Below, one piece after another: positions 39,297 through 49,776 of a DNA stretch of 64,000 bases (the stretch's first letter is position 1; every line of letters begins with the position of its first letter). The notes under the pieces are model-generated. The model ran no database searches. It was given only the letters and a program-made list of their open reading frames with translations, and was not told where the DNA came from. Origin of the DNA: an uncultured Rivularia sp. (lineage in GTDB: Bacteria; Cyanobacteriota; Cyanobacteriia; Cyanobacteriales; Nostocaceae); the NCBI GenBank assembly GCA_963665115.1, contig OY762007.1:4384001-4448000 (forward strand), written 5' to 3'. Made by a program: the position numbers and the translations under genes.

Positions 39297-39947
39297 TTAA
39301 CCTTTAACCTCTACCGTATCTGTTGGAGTATCTCCCCAAACTTTAGGTAATAATAATCCAGAATTTGTTTTGTATTCTTCAAACTCAGAATAGCGAGATA
39401 AAGATTTATCCTTTTTAAGCATATTAGGAATGAAAATTACTGCTGCAAATAATCCTAGAATCGCGAATGGTAGCCAATGCTGAACTAATAAAGCAAAACC
39501 AAGATAAATACAAACTTCTCCTAAATAATTGGTATTGCGACAGCGAGCAAAAAAGCCTTCTGTTATTAACCCAGATTTGTATTTAAGAGTGTAATATTTC
39601 TGAGCATCGCTACTGTAGTGCAAGAATACTCCCAATATGTTGATAGAAATTGCTGCTGCAATCAACGGTGGAGAAGGAATTGTACCGCTACTTATTAAGA
39701 TAAATGGTGCTACCCAATATAAATTGATGAAGAAAAAGCCTAGTATTCCTACCCAAATAGGAATTTCTTGCTCCCACTGCTTATCTGGGTAAATTCTATC
39801 TTTCAACAGCCACAATATTCCATAAGTACCATGAAGCGCTAAATAAACCCAAGCTCCAATAGTAAAATTTTGATAAATTACCATTAGTGTTAGAACAAAT
39901 ATAAATGTCGTAGCTTTGTGTAAGTTGATTGGGTATTTTGCTTTCAT
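39297..39947 (-). CDS. DUF1295 / isoprenylcysteine methyltransferase-like membrane protein
   Basis: SDAQKY, GLITEGFFARCRNTNYLGE. Confidence 0.82.
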   Translation of the reverse strand: MKAKYPINLHKATTFIFVLTLMVIYQNFTIGAWVYLALHGTYGILWLLKDRIYPDKQWEQEIPIWVGILGFFFINLYWVAPFILISSGTIPSPPLIAAAISINILGVFLHYSSDAQKYYTLKYKSGLITEGFFARCRNTNYLGEVCIYLGFALLVQHWLPFAILGLFAAVIFIPNMLKKDKSLSRYSEFEEYKTNSGLLLPKVWGDTPTDTVEVKG

Positions 39948-39993
39948 GGTTTGTTTGATGGAAATTTCAGATAACGAATACAGATATGTTTTA

Positions 39994-40656
39994 TTATCGG
40001 TTATAACCTAACTCAGGTGCTTTTTCTCCTACGACTTTAGGGACACCTACGGTTAATTCTAATTGTTGTAAGTTAAAAGTAAACAGCGGTTTATCTAAGC
40101 TTAGAGATACAAAGGGACTTTCTTGAGGAATTTCTAATTTACCCTGCATCAAAGCAACTTGCGTTTTAAGCTGATTTTCAAAAAACAGTAATTCAGAACC
40201 CAAACCACCAAAGCTATCAGCGCTTAATTTCTGTTTCCACCAAGTAGAAAGATTAAATAAACCTTTTTGATAGCGCAAACTGCATAATTCGTTATTATTT
40301 TGACTAACTTTCACGCTACCGTTATTCCAAGAAAAATCTGCCATTTCTTTTGGTAATCCCCAAATTTCCCTACCTCCAGCCAGCGAATCTTGATTATCAA
40401 CGTAAATGTGAGAAATCCAACCACCAAATTTTCCTTGATAGCGTACAAAACCAGGAATCACTATCAATTCGTTGTACTTTAATAATGAACCGCTTTCATA
40501 AGAAGATATATACATACTTCCCAGAGTTTTTCCCGGTAAAAGCGAAACTATATCTAATTCTGGAGGAATAAACTTAGAAGCTTGCTCGATATCAACTAAC
40601 TGCAAGGTTTGAAATGCATAACCTTTGAGAGTCCAAGGTGCGGGTGGATAAGTCAT
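39994..40656 (-). CDS. Acetoacetate decarboxylase family protein
   Basis: YPPAPW, YNEL, GGREIWGLPK. Confidence 0.88.
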   Translation of the reverse strand: MTYPPAPWTLKGYAFQTLQLVDIEQASKFIPPELDIVSLLPGKTLGSMYISSYESGSLLKYNELIVIPGFVRYQGKFGGWISHIYVDNQDSLAGGREIWGLPKEMADFSWNNGSVKVSQNNNELCSLRYQKGLFNLSTWWKQKLSADSFGGLGSELLFFENQLKTQVALMQGKLEIPQESPFVSLSLDKPLFTFNLQQLELTVGVPKVVGEKAPELGYNR

Positions 40657-40727
40657 TTTGATTTTTGATTAAAGCTGGGATAATAAAAACATTTTTAGGG
40701 AAGCTACGTTAAATTAATAAATAATAA

Positions 40728-41192
40728 CTAATCATAACTTGTACCATCCTTACGTGTAAAAGCTACCGATTTACCATCATCACCATATTTAGCAATTAAA
40801 TCTTCATCGGGATAATTTACAGTATCATTTGGTGTTCTATCCCCAACTTCTAAGTAAACTGCATCTCGATCGGAACGATTTACTAAATGATGTCCGTTAG
40901 CTTCATTTGCCGGAAATCCAGCAGCCATTCCCGGTGTCAAAACTTCTTCCCCTGCATCGGTAATTAATGTAATTTCGCCTTCTACAATATAAACAAATTC
41001 ATCTTGATACGAATGCCAATGTCTTAATGCAGAAGCACTTCCAGGTGATAGTTTTACTAAATTCACACCAAAGTTTTTTAAACCAGCAAAATTCCCCAAC
41101 CGCTGCCGAAATCTTCCCGCAACTATCGATTTAAATTCATCGGGATAGTCTGTACTATTTTGAATTGGTACTTCTTCAGGATTAATAATCAT
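40728..41192 (-). CDS. Cupin domain protein
   Basis: SALRHWH..DEFVY, GHHLVN, YLEVGDR. Confidence 0.9.
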   Translation of the reverse strand: MIINPEEVPIQNSTDYPDEFKSIVAGRFRQRLGNFAGLKNFGVNLVKLSPGSASALRHWHSYQDEFVYIVEGEITLITDAGEEVLTPGMAAGFPANEANGHHLVNRSDRDAVYLEVGDRTPNDTVNYPDEDLIAKYGDDGKSVAFTRKDGTSYD

Positions 41193-41302
41193 CGGCTGTT
41201 TGTTAGTTGTTAGTTGTTAGTTGTTAGGAGTTAAGATGAGAATTTTTCTTCCCCTTCTTCCCCCTCTTCCCCCTCTACCCCTTCTACCCCCTCTTCCCCC
41301 TC

Positions 41303-41926
41303 TCATTCATTTAAATAATAGTGCCATAAAATCCTAGCAGCGATCGCCCTCCAAGGTCGCCAGTTTTCCGATATAATTTCTAATTCTTCTGCTGTGGGAC
41401 GTTTTTCTAATTTTTTGAGCTTTTGATATGCAAGAATTACCCCTAAATCGCCTTTGGGAAAAGCATCTGGGCGTTGTAAAGACATTAATAAATATATGTC
41501 AACTGTCCAATCGCCGATTCCTTTGATGGGCTTGAGTTGGTTTCTGATGGTTGTGTCGTTTGCAACAGCTAACTTTTGTAAATCTAAATCTCCACGACAA
41601 ATGGCGATCGCCAACTCTTTTATATAAGTTGTTTTTTGACGGCTGATGCCACAAGCTTTTAATTGAGCATCATCAAATTCGAGTAAGTTTTCAGGTGTTA
41701 ATGGTATAACGGTTTCACATAAACGCTTCATAGTAGCGCTCGCAGAGTTAACGGAAACCTGTTGTCCTAAAATTGTCCGCACTAATCCCGAAAAACCCGC
41801 ATCTTCTTCCCACCTGGGCGGATTTCCCCATTTATTAAGTATCTCTGCAAAATCTTCATCGCGTTGAGCAAGTTCTTTTAAACCCTGGGTAAATGTTTCT
41901 TCGGTAAGTGGTTGTTGTAAATTCAT
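41303..41926 (-). CDS. DNA-3-methyladenine glycosylase II (AlkA family)
   Basis: ILGQQVS, HhH IKGIGDWT, FPKGDLG, WRPWR. Confidence 0.92.
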   Translation of the reverse strand: MNLQQPLTEETFTQGLKELAQRDEDFAEILNKWGNPPRWEEDAGFSGLVRTILGQQVSVNSASATMKRLCETVIPLTPENLLEFDDAQLKACGISRQKTTYIKELAIAICRGDLDLQKLAVANDTTIRNQLKPIKGIGDWTVDIYLLMSLQRPDAFPKGDLGVILAYQKLKKLEKRPTAEELEIISENWRPWRAIAARILWHYYLNE

Positions 41927-42071
41927 TTCTTCTGCTCTGCGTCTAATAAGGTTTTTTCCACAAAATGTTTGTAAAACGAATTATTAAGTAAATACCGAAT
42001 CTATTGGTGTTTTTTATGTTCAGCGAATACCATGAGAATCAAACCGATTTTGAAGATAAACTTCATAATTC

Positions 42072-42806
42072 ATGAAAAAAATTATTAAAACTCTGGCAAC
42101 AACCTTAAGCATATCTCTAGCTTTTACCAGCACGGCACAAGCCAGGATAATTACTAGCATCAGCCCTCCGGGGGGTTCAGGTCAAGGAGACGTATTCTGT
42201 ACGCAGGTGCAAACTACCGTGGATACTGATTTTCCCAATAGCGATGGAAATCAAATTAACAACTTTCCCGGTTTATCCTGTACTCCTAAAACCTTCCAGG
42301 AAATAGCCCCCATTGACACAAAATTATTCGTTGAAGCTTCTGGTGGAACTACAGAGTACTTACTTAACGAAACAGTTGTAAATAGTACTAATTCAACTTG
42401 GAATGGCTTTAATATGGCAATTGGTTTTTCATCCGATAATCCTTTTGGTGAAGATACCTTTGCATCTCCTGCGGTAATTTTGTTACCTAATGGCACTGCT
42501 ATTCCTACATTTGATTCTGACGCTCAACCTACTTCGCCAAAGTTTTCTCAAGTCAAAGCCGATGGTTCTTTTAATCTGAACTGGTTTGATGGTACTGTTG
42601 CACCAGGTGAAAGTGTTGATTTCAGCTTTTCTATTGCGCTTCCCGATGACTTAGGAGAAAGCAATTTCGATTCCTTTACAATTCGTCAGCTTCCGATTGC
42701 TTCTGCAATGAATCAAAGTAAATCCGTTCCCGAACCAAGTTTGATATTTGGTTTAGTAGGTTTGATGAGTTTTGGCTTAGTAAGGTTAAAGGTCAAAGTA
42801 AAATAA
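42072..42806 (+). CDS. PEP-CTERM sorting-domain protein
   Basis: Signal peptide AQA; VPEPSLIFG + TM + basic tail. Confidence 0.88.
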   Translation: MKKIIKTLATTLSISLAFTSTAQARIITSISPPGGSGQGDVFCTQVQTTVDTDFPNSDGNQINNFPGLSCTPKTFQEIAPIDTKLFVEASGGTTEYLLNETVVNSTNSTWNGFNMAIGFSSDNPFGEDTFASPAVILLPNGTAIPTFDSDAQPTSPKFSQVKADGSFNLNWFDGTVAPGESVDFSFSIALPDDLGESNFDSFTIRQLPIASAMNQSKSVPEPSLIFGLVGLMSFGLVRLKVKVK

Positions 42807-42967
42807 ACTTACTTCTTGCACCAGTTGCAATAACTGCCTTGGAATAAATCCCCAATCCCCAATCCCCAATCCCCAATCCCCTTGTGTAAAAATTGCTTAT
42901 CTTCCCACTGAATCTGTTCTAGAATGCAACAACTATAACTTTGGGAACGCTTTTTTACATAAACCAT

Positions 42968-44069
42968 ATGAAACGTCGAGAAATTATCAAGAAAGCTGCG
43001 ATTACAACCGCGACTGCTGCGACTATTGTTTCCTGTAGTGGCGGTAGTAGTAATACAACTGCCGCAGGCACAAGTTTACCTAACGTGCGCTGGAAAATGG
43101 CGGCGAGTTGGCCTAAGTCTCTAATAATTTACACTGGCCCGGAGACGATTGCCAAGCGCGTCAAAGAGATGACTGACGGACGTTTTACTATAACTCCTTT
43201 TGCGGCTGGAGAGTTAGCTGGTGCTACAGAAGTTCTTGATGCTGTACAAACTGGTTCGATACAGTGCGGACATACGGCAAGCTATTTTTATATAGGAAAA
43301 AGCCCCGCTTTAGCGTTTGCAACTTCCGTACCTTTTGGTTTAACTCCACAGCAGCAAAATGCTTGGCTTTACCACGGTGGTGGACAAAAAGCGATACAGG
43401 AAATTTACGATAAATTTAATATCGTTTATTTCCCTGCTGGTAATAGCGGAACTCAAATGGGAGGATGGTTTAAACGCGAAATTAAATCTGTTGCGGATTT
43501 GAAAGGATTAAAAATGCGGATTCCCGGATTGGGTGGGAAAGTAATGGCACGTTTGGGCGTTAACGTGCAAGTGTTACCGGGAGGAGAAATTTATTTAGCC
43601 TTGGAAAGGGGTGCGATCGATGCAGCAGAATGGATTGGCCCCTTATGATGATGAGAAATTGGGTTTAAATAAAGCTGCTCCATTTTATTATTATCCCGGT
43701 TGGTGGGAACCCGGTTCAACTTTGGATGTTTTAGTTAACCGTGGTGCATGGGAAAAATTGCCGGAAGAATACAAGCAAATCTTTAAAACAGCCGCTTATG
43801 AAGCGAATATGGATATGCTTGCTAGGTATGAAGCTTTAAATGGTGAAGCATTAACCAAGCTTACAAATAGCGGTACTAAATTAGTTGCCTACAGCGACGA
43901 GATTTTACAAGCAGCACAAAAAGCCACCGTCGAAGAATTAGAAGCTAGCGCCAGTAAAGATCCAACTTTTAAGAAAATCTACGAACAGTGGAAAGGTTTT
44001 AGAGAAAAGCTTTACAACTGGAATCGCGTTAATGAGTATAGTTTTGCTAATTTTGTCACTAAGGAATAA
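42968..44069 (+). pseudogene. TRAP transporter substrate-binding protein (DctP/TakP-like) with +1 frameshift
   Basis: Tat/lipoprotein leader [27 protein letters not shown] then PYDDEKLG if one C is removed from 43639-43642. Confidence 0.9.
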
Positions 44070-44155
44070 ATAATTGGGAATTGGGGATTAGTAAATAATA
44101 ATGTAGAGACGTAGCAGTGCTACGTCTCCCAACGGTTGCGATCGAAACAAGACTG

Positions 44156-47100
44156 TTAAAAATCAGAACCTACTAGGAAATTCTGTTCTACTTCAGCAGC
44201 GTCAAAGGCTTGGTTGTATACGGCGAACATATCTAAGCTTCCCAACCAAGGGCGATCGCCACTCAATTCATTTCCTATACCAAGACGATAGTTTTCATCC
44301 CAGCTTGAGAAATCCCCGTCAATATTTTCGCTGGCAACTAACTGATTATCAATATATAAGGAAGCGTCTCCATCTGAAGAGCGGGTGTAGATTACATGGG
44401 TAAGTTCTGTATTTAGCAATCCTCCCTGGGAAGAAACGGTAGTTCCTACGCCGTTGTAACCAGTGGTAGTAGTACGCAAACGAACGTTATAATCATCACC
44501 TGCTTGACCTAATGTAAAGTTACGGTTGCCGATGTCGCTCGATAGGCTAGCAATTCTAGCTGGCCCATTTTGGCTTCTGTTACCTGGAGTTACCCAAGCT
44601 TCCATCGTAATTTCTTGAGTTTGAGTAATACCGTCAATTAATTTATCGGCGACTCCATCCGAAGCAATTAAATTCGGAGTATTGATGTTAAGTACTCCAT
44701 CTCCCCAAGTTGCTCTGGTTAAATCATCTATCTCTAAATTTAAAGCAGTACCAACTCCGGAGACATCAAAAACTGTGTCGCCACTACCTTCATCAAAGGT
44801 GTACAAAGTTAATAATCCGTCGTTAACTCTAGTGAAGCGGTTATTTGAATCTGCTGCACTAACTTTTACGTTTACTTGTGCTGTTTCGTTAACTCCACTG
44901 CCGTCATCTATAGAGTAGGTAAAACTATCTTCTCCATTAAAGTTAACTCCGGGTGTGTAAACAATTTGATTATCAACTATTGCAGTAGTTCCATTATTTG
45001 CCGAAGCTACCGAGGCAATAGTTAAATTATCTCCATCAACATCGCTGTCATTTGCTAAGACGTTTATAGTTACTGCTGTATCTTGTTTGGTAGTTGCAGC
45101 ATCATTTTGAGCAACAGGTAAATCATTTACTGGAGCAACATTAATAGAAACAGTTGCGGTTTCGCTTCCCCCATTGCCATCGCTAATTTCATAACTGAAG
45201 CTATCTATTCCATTAAAGTTAGCTGCGGGAGTGTAAACAATCTCGTTATCAACTATTTTCGTAAATCCATTATTTGGGGAAGCAACCGAAGCAATAGTTA
45301 AATTATCTCCATCAGCATCGCTATCGTTTGCCAACACATTAATAGTTACTGCTGTATCTTCATTGGTAGTTGCAGAGTCATTAGTAACTACAGGTATGTT
45401 ATTCGATGGAGTCGGAGTAAGAGGAATTGGAGAATCTTCGCTACCAGCCAAGAAATTTTGCTCAACTTCAGCAGCGTCAAAGGCTTGATTGTATACGGCG
45501 AATAAATCTAAGCTTCCTAACCAAGGGCGATTTCCACCGAATTCGTTACCTAAAGCAAAACGATAGCTGTCATCCCAGTTGGATAAATTTCCACCAATAT
45601 TTTCGCTAGCTACTAACTGATTATTAATGTAGAGAGAAGCATCTCCGTCAGCTTCGCGGGTGTAGATAAGATGGGTGAGTTCGGTACTTAGCAATCCTCC
45701 TGTAGAAGAAACGCTAGTTCCTACGCCATTATTACCAGTGGTTGTAGTACGAAAACGCACGTTATAGTCGTCGCCAGCTTGCCCTAATGTAAAGTTACGA
45801 TTTGCGATATTGCTTGAGAGAGTTGCAATTCTAGCTGGCCCATTTTGGCTTCTGTTACCTGGAGTTACCCAAGCTTCCATTGTGATTTCTTGAGTAGCTG
45901 TTATACCGTTAATTAATTTATTTGCTACTCCATTTGAAGCAATTAAATTCGGAGCATTGATATTAAGTACTCCATTTCCCCAAGTTGCAGTGCTTAAATT
46001 ATCTATCTCTAAATTTAAAGCAGTGCCGACTCCGGAGACATCAAAAACTGTATCGCCGCTACCTTCATCAAAGGTATACAAAGTTAATAATCCGTCGTTG
46101 ACTCTAGCGCTAGGGTTATTTGAATCTGCGGCACTAACTGTTACGTTTACCTGTGCTGTTTCGCTAACTCCACTGCCGTCATCTATAGAGTAGGTAAAGC
46201 TATCTGCTCCATTAAAGTTAGCGTCGGGGGTGTAAACAATTTGATTATCAACTATTGTCGTGAATCCATTAGTTGGGGAGGCAACCGAAGCAACAGTTAA
46301 ATTATCTCCATCGACATCGCTGTCATTTTCTAAGACATTAATAGTTACTGCTGTATCTTGCTTGGTAGTTGCAGCGTCATTTTGAGCAGCAGGTTTATCG
46401 TTTACGGCAGCTACATTAACTGTAACTGTTGCGGTTTCGCTTCCCCCATTACCATCGCTAATTTCATAACTAAAACTATCTATTCCATTAAAATTAGTGT
46501 CGGGAGTATAAACAACTTGATTATCAACGATTGCGGTAACTCCATTATTTCCAGGGTTAACCGAAGCAATAGTTAAATTATCTCCATCGGCATCGCTATC
46601 GTTTACCAACACATTAATAGTTACTGCTGTATCTTCATTGGTAGTAGCACTGTCATTACTAACAACGGGAATATCATTTACATTGGTGACAGAAAGATTA
46701 ACTGTTGCAATATCAGTTCCTCCTTTACCGTCATCCACTTCATAGGTAAAAGTATCTACCCCAGTAAAATCTGAATCGGGAGTGTAGAAAAGGTTATTTT
46801 GATTGATGCTGAGGGTGCCATTTGCTGGTTGAGTATCGATGCTGACTGCAAGGGTATCACCATCACTATCGCTGTCGTTTGCTAAAACATTGAGCAGATT
46901 ATTGCTAGAATTTTCGCTGAAAGTAAAGCTGTCATTTCCAGCAATGGGGGAATTATTAGTGGGAAGTGGCGGGGAATTCCCATCATCAGGATTAATATTT
47001 ACAGAATCAAAATAATTTTTCAGAGCATCAAACCACTTTTGAGCCATCTTGGCTTCACCAGCATCATTAGGATGCACCCCATCATAAGTATCTGTATTGG

Positions 47101-47689
47101 CATTAAACCCAGAACTTTGATCGACTAAAATTACAGGAGAATTGCTTTGGTTTTTATCTGCAACAATTCCGGGAATGAGGCTATTTAATTGCTGTATTCT
47201 ATTATTGAAACCCCCATCAACAGCGGGAATCAGTTGAGTTAGAAAAATAGTAACGTTAGGGTTATCTTGTCTGAGGATATCTATAACTTGTTCGAGTTCC
47301 CCTACAGAGCTAATGGCAGAATTACCTTGAATTGCATCATTACTACCGAGATGAATTAAAGCCACATCTGGAGTGTAAACAGTCAACCAATCCGATAGCT
47401 TACCTTCTCCACCTCTACCATTAATAATCTCATCGATTCGCCATCCCCAATGACCTTCATGATCTGGATCGAAACTTCTGTCTTCAAAATTACCACCATC
47501 TTTGTTTCTATTTTCAGAACCGACAAAATCAACGTTATATCCAGCTTCGTTTAGTAGTTCCCATAATTCTTTTCTGTAAGAATTCTGTCCATTCTCCGCT
47601 TGAGTAATGGAATCTCCTATCGTCACAATTTTGAGAGCGTTTTGATTCATGTTTTTTACAGATAAAAAATAGTTGTTTGATGAAAACAA
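44156..47689 (-). CDS. Large SGNH/GDSL hydrolase + Ig-like repeats + two LamG-like domains (start may be 47650)
   Basis: GDSIT, HEGHWGW, HLGSND, DGVHP; NVLANDSDADGD...YTP repeats; LYTFDEGSG...TMEAWV LamG twice. Confidence 0.88.
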   Translation of the reverse strand: MFSSNNYFLSVKNMNQNALKIVTIGDSITQAENGQNSYRKELWELLNEAGYNVDFVGSENRNKDGGNFEDRSFDPDHEGHWGWRIDEIINGRGGEGKLSDWLTVYTPDVALIHLGSNDAIQGNSAISSVGELEQVIDILRQDNPNVTIFLTQLIPAVDGGFNNRIQQLNSLIPGIVADKNQSNSPVILVDQSSGFNANTDTYDGVHPNDAGEAKMAQKWFDALKNYFDSVNINPDDGNSPPLPTNNSPIAGNDSFTFSENSSNNLLNVLANDSDSDGDTLAVSIDTQPANGTLSINQNNLFYTPDSDFTGVDTFTYEVDDGKGGTDIATVNLSVTNVNDIPVVSNDSATTNEDTAVTINVLVNDSDADGDNLTIASVNPGNNGVTAIVDNQVVYTPDTNFNGIDSFSYEISDGNGGSETATVTVNVAAVNDKPAAQNDAATTKQDTAVTINVLENDSDVDGDNLTVASVASPTNGFTTIVDNQIVYTPDANFNGADSFTYSIDDGSGVSETAQVNVTVSAADSNNPSARVNDGLLTLYTFDEGSGDTVFDVSGVGTALNLEIDNLSTATWGNGVLNINAPNLIASNGVANKLINGITATQEITMEAWVTPGNRSQNGPARIATLSSNIANRNFTLGQAGDDYNVRFRTTTTGNNGVGTSVSSTGGLLSTELTHLIYTREADGDASLYINNQLVASENIGGNLSNWDDSYRFALGNEFGGNRPWLGSLDLFAVYNQAFDAAEVEQNFLAGSEDSPIPLTPTPSNNIPVVTNDSATTNEDTAVTINVLANDSDADGDNLTIASVASPNNGFTKIVDNEIVYTPAANFNGIDSFSYEISDGNGGSETATVSINVAPVNDLPVAQNDAATTKQDTAVTINVLANDSDVDGDNLTIASVASANNGTTAIVDNQIVYTPGVNFNGEDSFTYSIDDGSGVNETAQVNVKVSAADSNNRFTRVNDGLLTLYTFDEGSGDTVFDVSGVGTALNLEIDDLTRATWGDGVLNINTPNLIASDGVADKLIDGITQTQEITMEAWVTPGNRSQNGPARIASLSSDIGNRNFTLGQAGDDYNVRLRTTTTGYNGVGTTVSSQGGLLNTELTHVIYTRSSDGDASLYIDNQLVASENIDGDFSSWDENYRLGIGNELSGDRPWLGSLDMFAVYNQAFDAAEVEQNFLVGSDF

Positions 47690-48240
47690 ATTGGCTAATC
47701 ATCATTAAGTATCAGTTCAATCTTTTAGTTAATAATGATTAGATTGAATATTGAAGTCAGATATTGCTGTTATGTCTTTTTTCAGGAGTAGGTTTTGCAT
47801 GAGATTGATTTCAAAATCATCTGGAATTAGTTTTAATTGTTTTTCTCTGTGTATAGTCTGTAGAAACAAAATTAGTGACTATAAAAAAAACAACTCAAAT
47901 ACTTCTCTCAGAGAAATAGATAAGCTCTTTTAGCCATTACTAGATACAGTGGATAACATCAGTGATTATAACAACATCAATCGACTTGTTTGATAGAATT
48001 TTTATGAAGATTATGTATACTTTATGTTTATATATGCTTGAAATAAACTCAGATGATTTTTCTATGAAGTTGCAGCAAATTATGAGTTGATTCGGTATAA
48101 AGAAACGTTAAAACTACCAATCTAAATTCGTTATTAGTAGAAAAAATAATGACCTATATAGCATCCCAATTTTTGAGAAACATATTATAGTGAGAGCATC
48201 TCGCTACCTGGTAGTAACTAGCGAGCAAGATGCTCCCTAA

Positions 48241-48390
48241 TTATTTATATTCACAAATTACTTTTTCGCTTCCTCCGTCTCCGATACCAACTTTATGCTT
48301 AAATCGTGCAAAAACAACTAAGCGAGCTAGAAAAACTTGTAACAATGCAAAGATACTTGCAGTACCTGCTGCAATAATTGGGAAATTCAT
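48241..48390 (-). pseudogene. Truncated MAPEG-family membrane protein
   Basis: MNFPIIAAGTASIFALLQVFLARLVVFARFKHKVGIGDGG, then ends beside a REP-bearing element. Confidence 0.6.
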
Positions 48391-48540
48391 GATATTCTTC
48401 TCTCTTAATCTGCTTGGTTGTTATCCTCAATATCGCGTTTTTAGAGCAATGAGAAACTAGTCGAAAGTTTGGTTGTGAATATAGGCTTCCCGAAAAACTT
48501 TTTCCATACATCCTTGGCAGCCGCTGCAAATGCAGAGTAG

Positions 48541-48643
48541 TAAGCTGTTACGCACTTAGTTTGTATAGTACTAGCGGGCAAGATGCCCGCACTACAATAA
48601 TTCCAATTTTTTTGAAAATACAACTTAGCTGCACATCAGCTTA
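48541..48643. mobile_element. MITE-like element with REP cargo
   Basis: TAAGCTG...CAGCTTA ends; internal GCGGGCAAGATGCCCGCACTAC. Confidence 0.6.
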
Positions 48644-49027
48644 ACGGAAATCTATACGGAATTAATAGTATTAAACACTACATTTAGCCTGTATTAATCC
48701 TAGTAAAGCGTATTATTTAGAACCTCTAAAGTGTTTTTTTACTTAAGTGAATACTGAGCGAACAATTAAGTCGTTAAACTATTTTTAGTAAACATAAGTT
48801 TAAGTCTACGAGTTTACCGAAGTATATTTCTATAAATACGCTTGAAAAGCCTAATTATTCGCTTTTCTTACTTCTTTAATTCGATAAATATAAAGAGTGC
48901 AAAAAAAAGGATAATTAGTATAGACACTGACAAAACTACTGACATATGATTGATTTAACGGAATACAAATTCCCGAAGCTTAAGTAAATCTATTTACCTT
49001 AGTGCAATCAAAAAAGGATTTTTAATT

Positions 49028-49624
49028 ATGTTTGATAACAAAAAGACTGTAGTATCTGGAATAGTCGCTTTAAGCGGTACCTTTGTTACCCCAGACACTG
49101 CACAAGCTAGTTTGAATCGTTCAAAATTAAATCTTCTAATCAAAACTACTCAAAGCTCCACCGCAGCAAAAAAAGCAGCAGATTCATTAAACAAAGTAAA
49201 GGCTAGCAAAAATAATCTTGATGTTGTGAAAGTAGATGTTGTAAAAGCGATTAACAAAGCTAAAAACATTAAAAATGACGCTCTTAAAAAAGTTAATCAA
49301 GCTGAAGAGTTAGCAGAAGCTGCAAAAGAAGATTGGAACACAAAGTTAATTATAGCAGTAAAAAAACTACAGCAAATAGAAAATAATATTGAAAAAAAAT
49401 ATTTGATAAAGCAGGTACTGCAAGCGAAAGAATATGCAGAAAAAGCAAAAGAAAACTTTGAAGTTAAAAAAATTGAAGTTGCAAAAAAAAGACTTTACCT
49501 GCAAGAATGTGAAGATAACTTAGAAACTGCTATAGAAATTCAAAATAATCGAATTCAAGCGGCAGAAATGGCTTATAAGATAGCTCAACTTGAGCAGCAA
49601 AAAGCTATCTGTTATGCCGCATAG
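49028..49624 (+). CDS. Lys/Ala-rich coiled-coil hypothetical protein
   Basis: 198 aa ORF, signal-like N-terminus ending AQA, heptad pattern. Confidence 0.7.
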   Translation: MFDNKKTVVSGIVALSGTFVTPDTAQASLNRSKLNLLIKTTQSSTAAKKAADSLNKVKASKNNLDVVKVDVVKAINKAKNIKNDALKKVNQAEELAEAAKEDWNTKLIIAVKKLQQIENNIEKKYLIKQVLQAKEYAEKAKENFEVKKIEVAKKRLYLQECEDNLETAIEIQNNRIQAAEMAYKIAQLEQQKAICYAA

Positions 49625-49776
49625 ATATTCAGCAAGCAGTTATCGGTAAAAGCAAAAAGTATCATTTCAGGGGCTACCATCGGCAATTATTCGCTTTTTA
49701 CTAAACATCTACCATTAAAAAATTTTAATTCTCAAGACTCACTACTGCTGGAGAACGATTCTTCACCTCTAACTTA

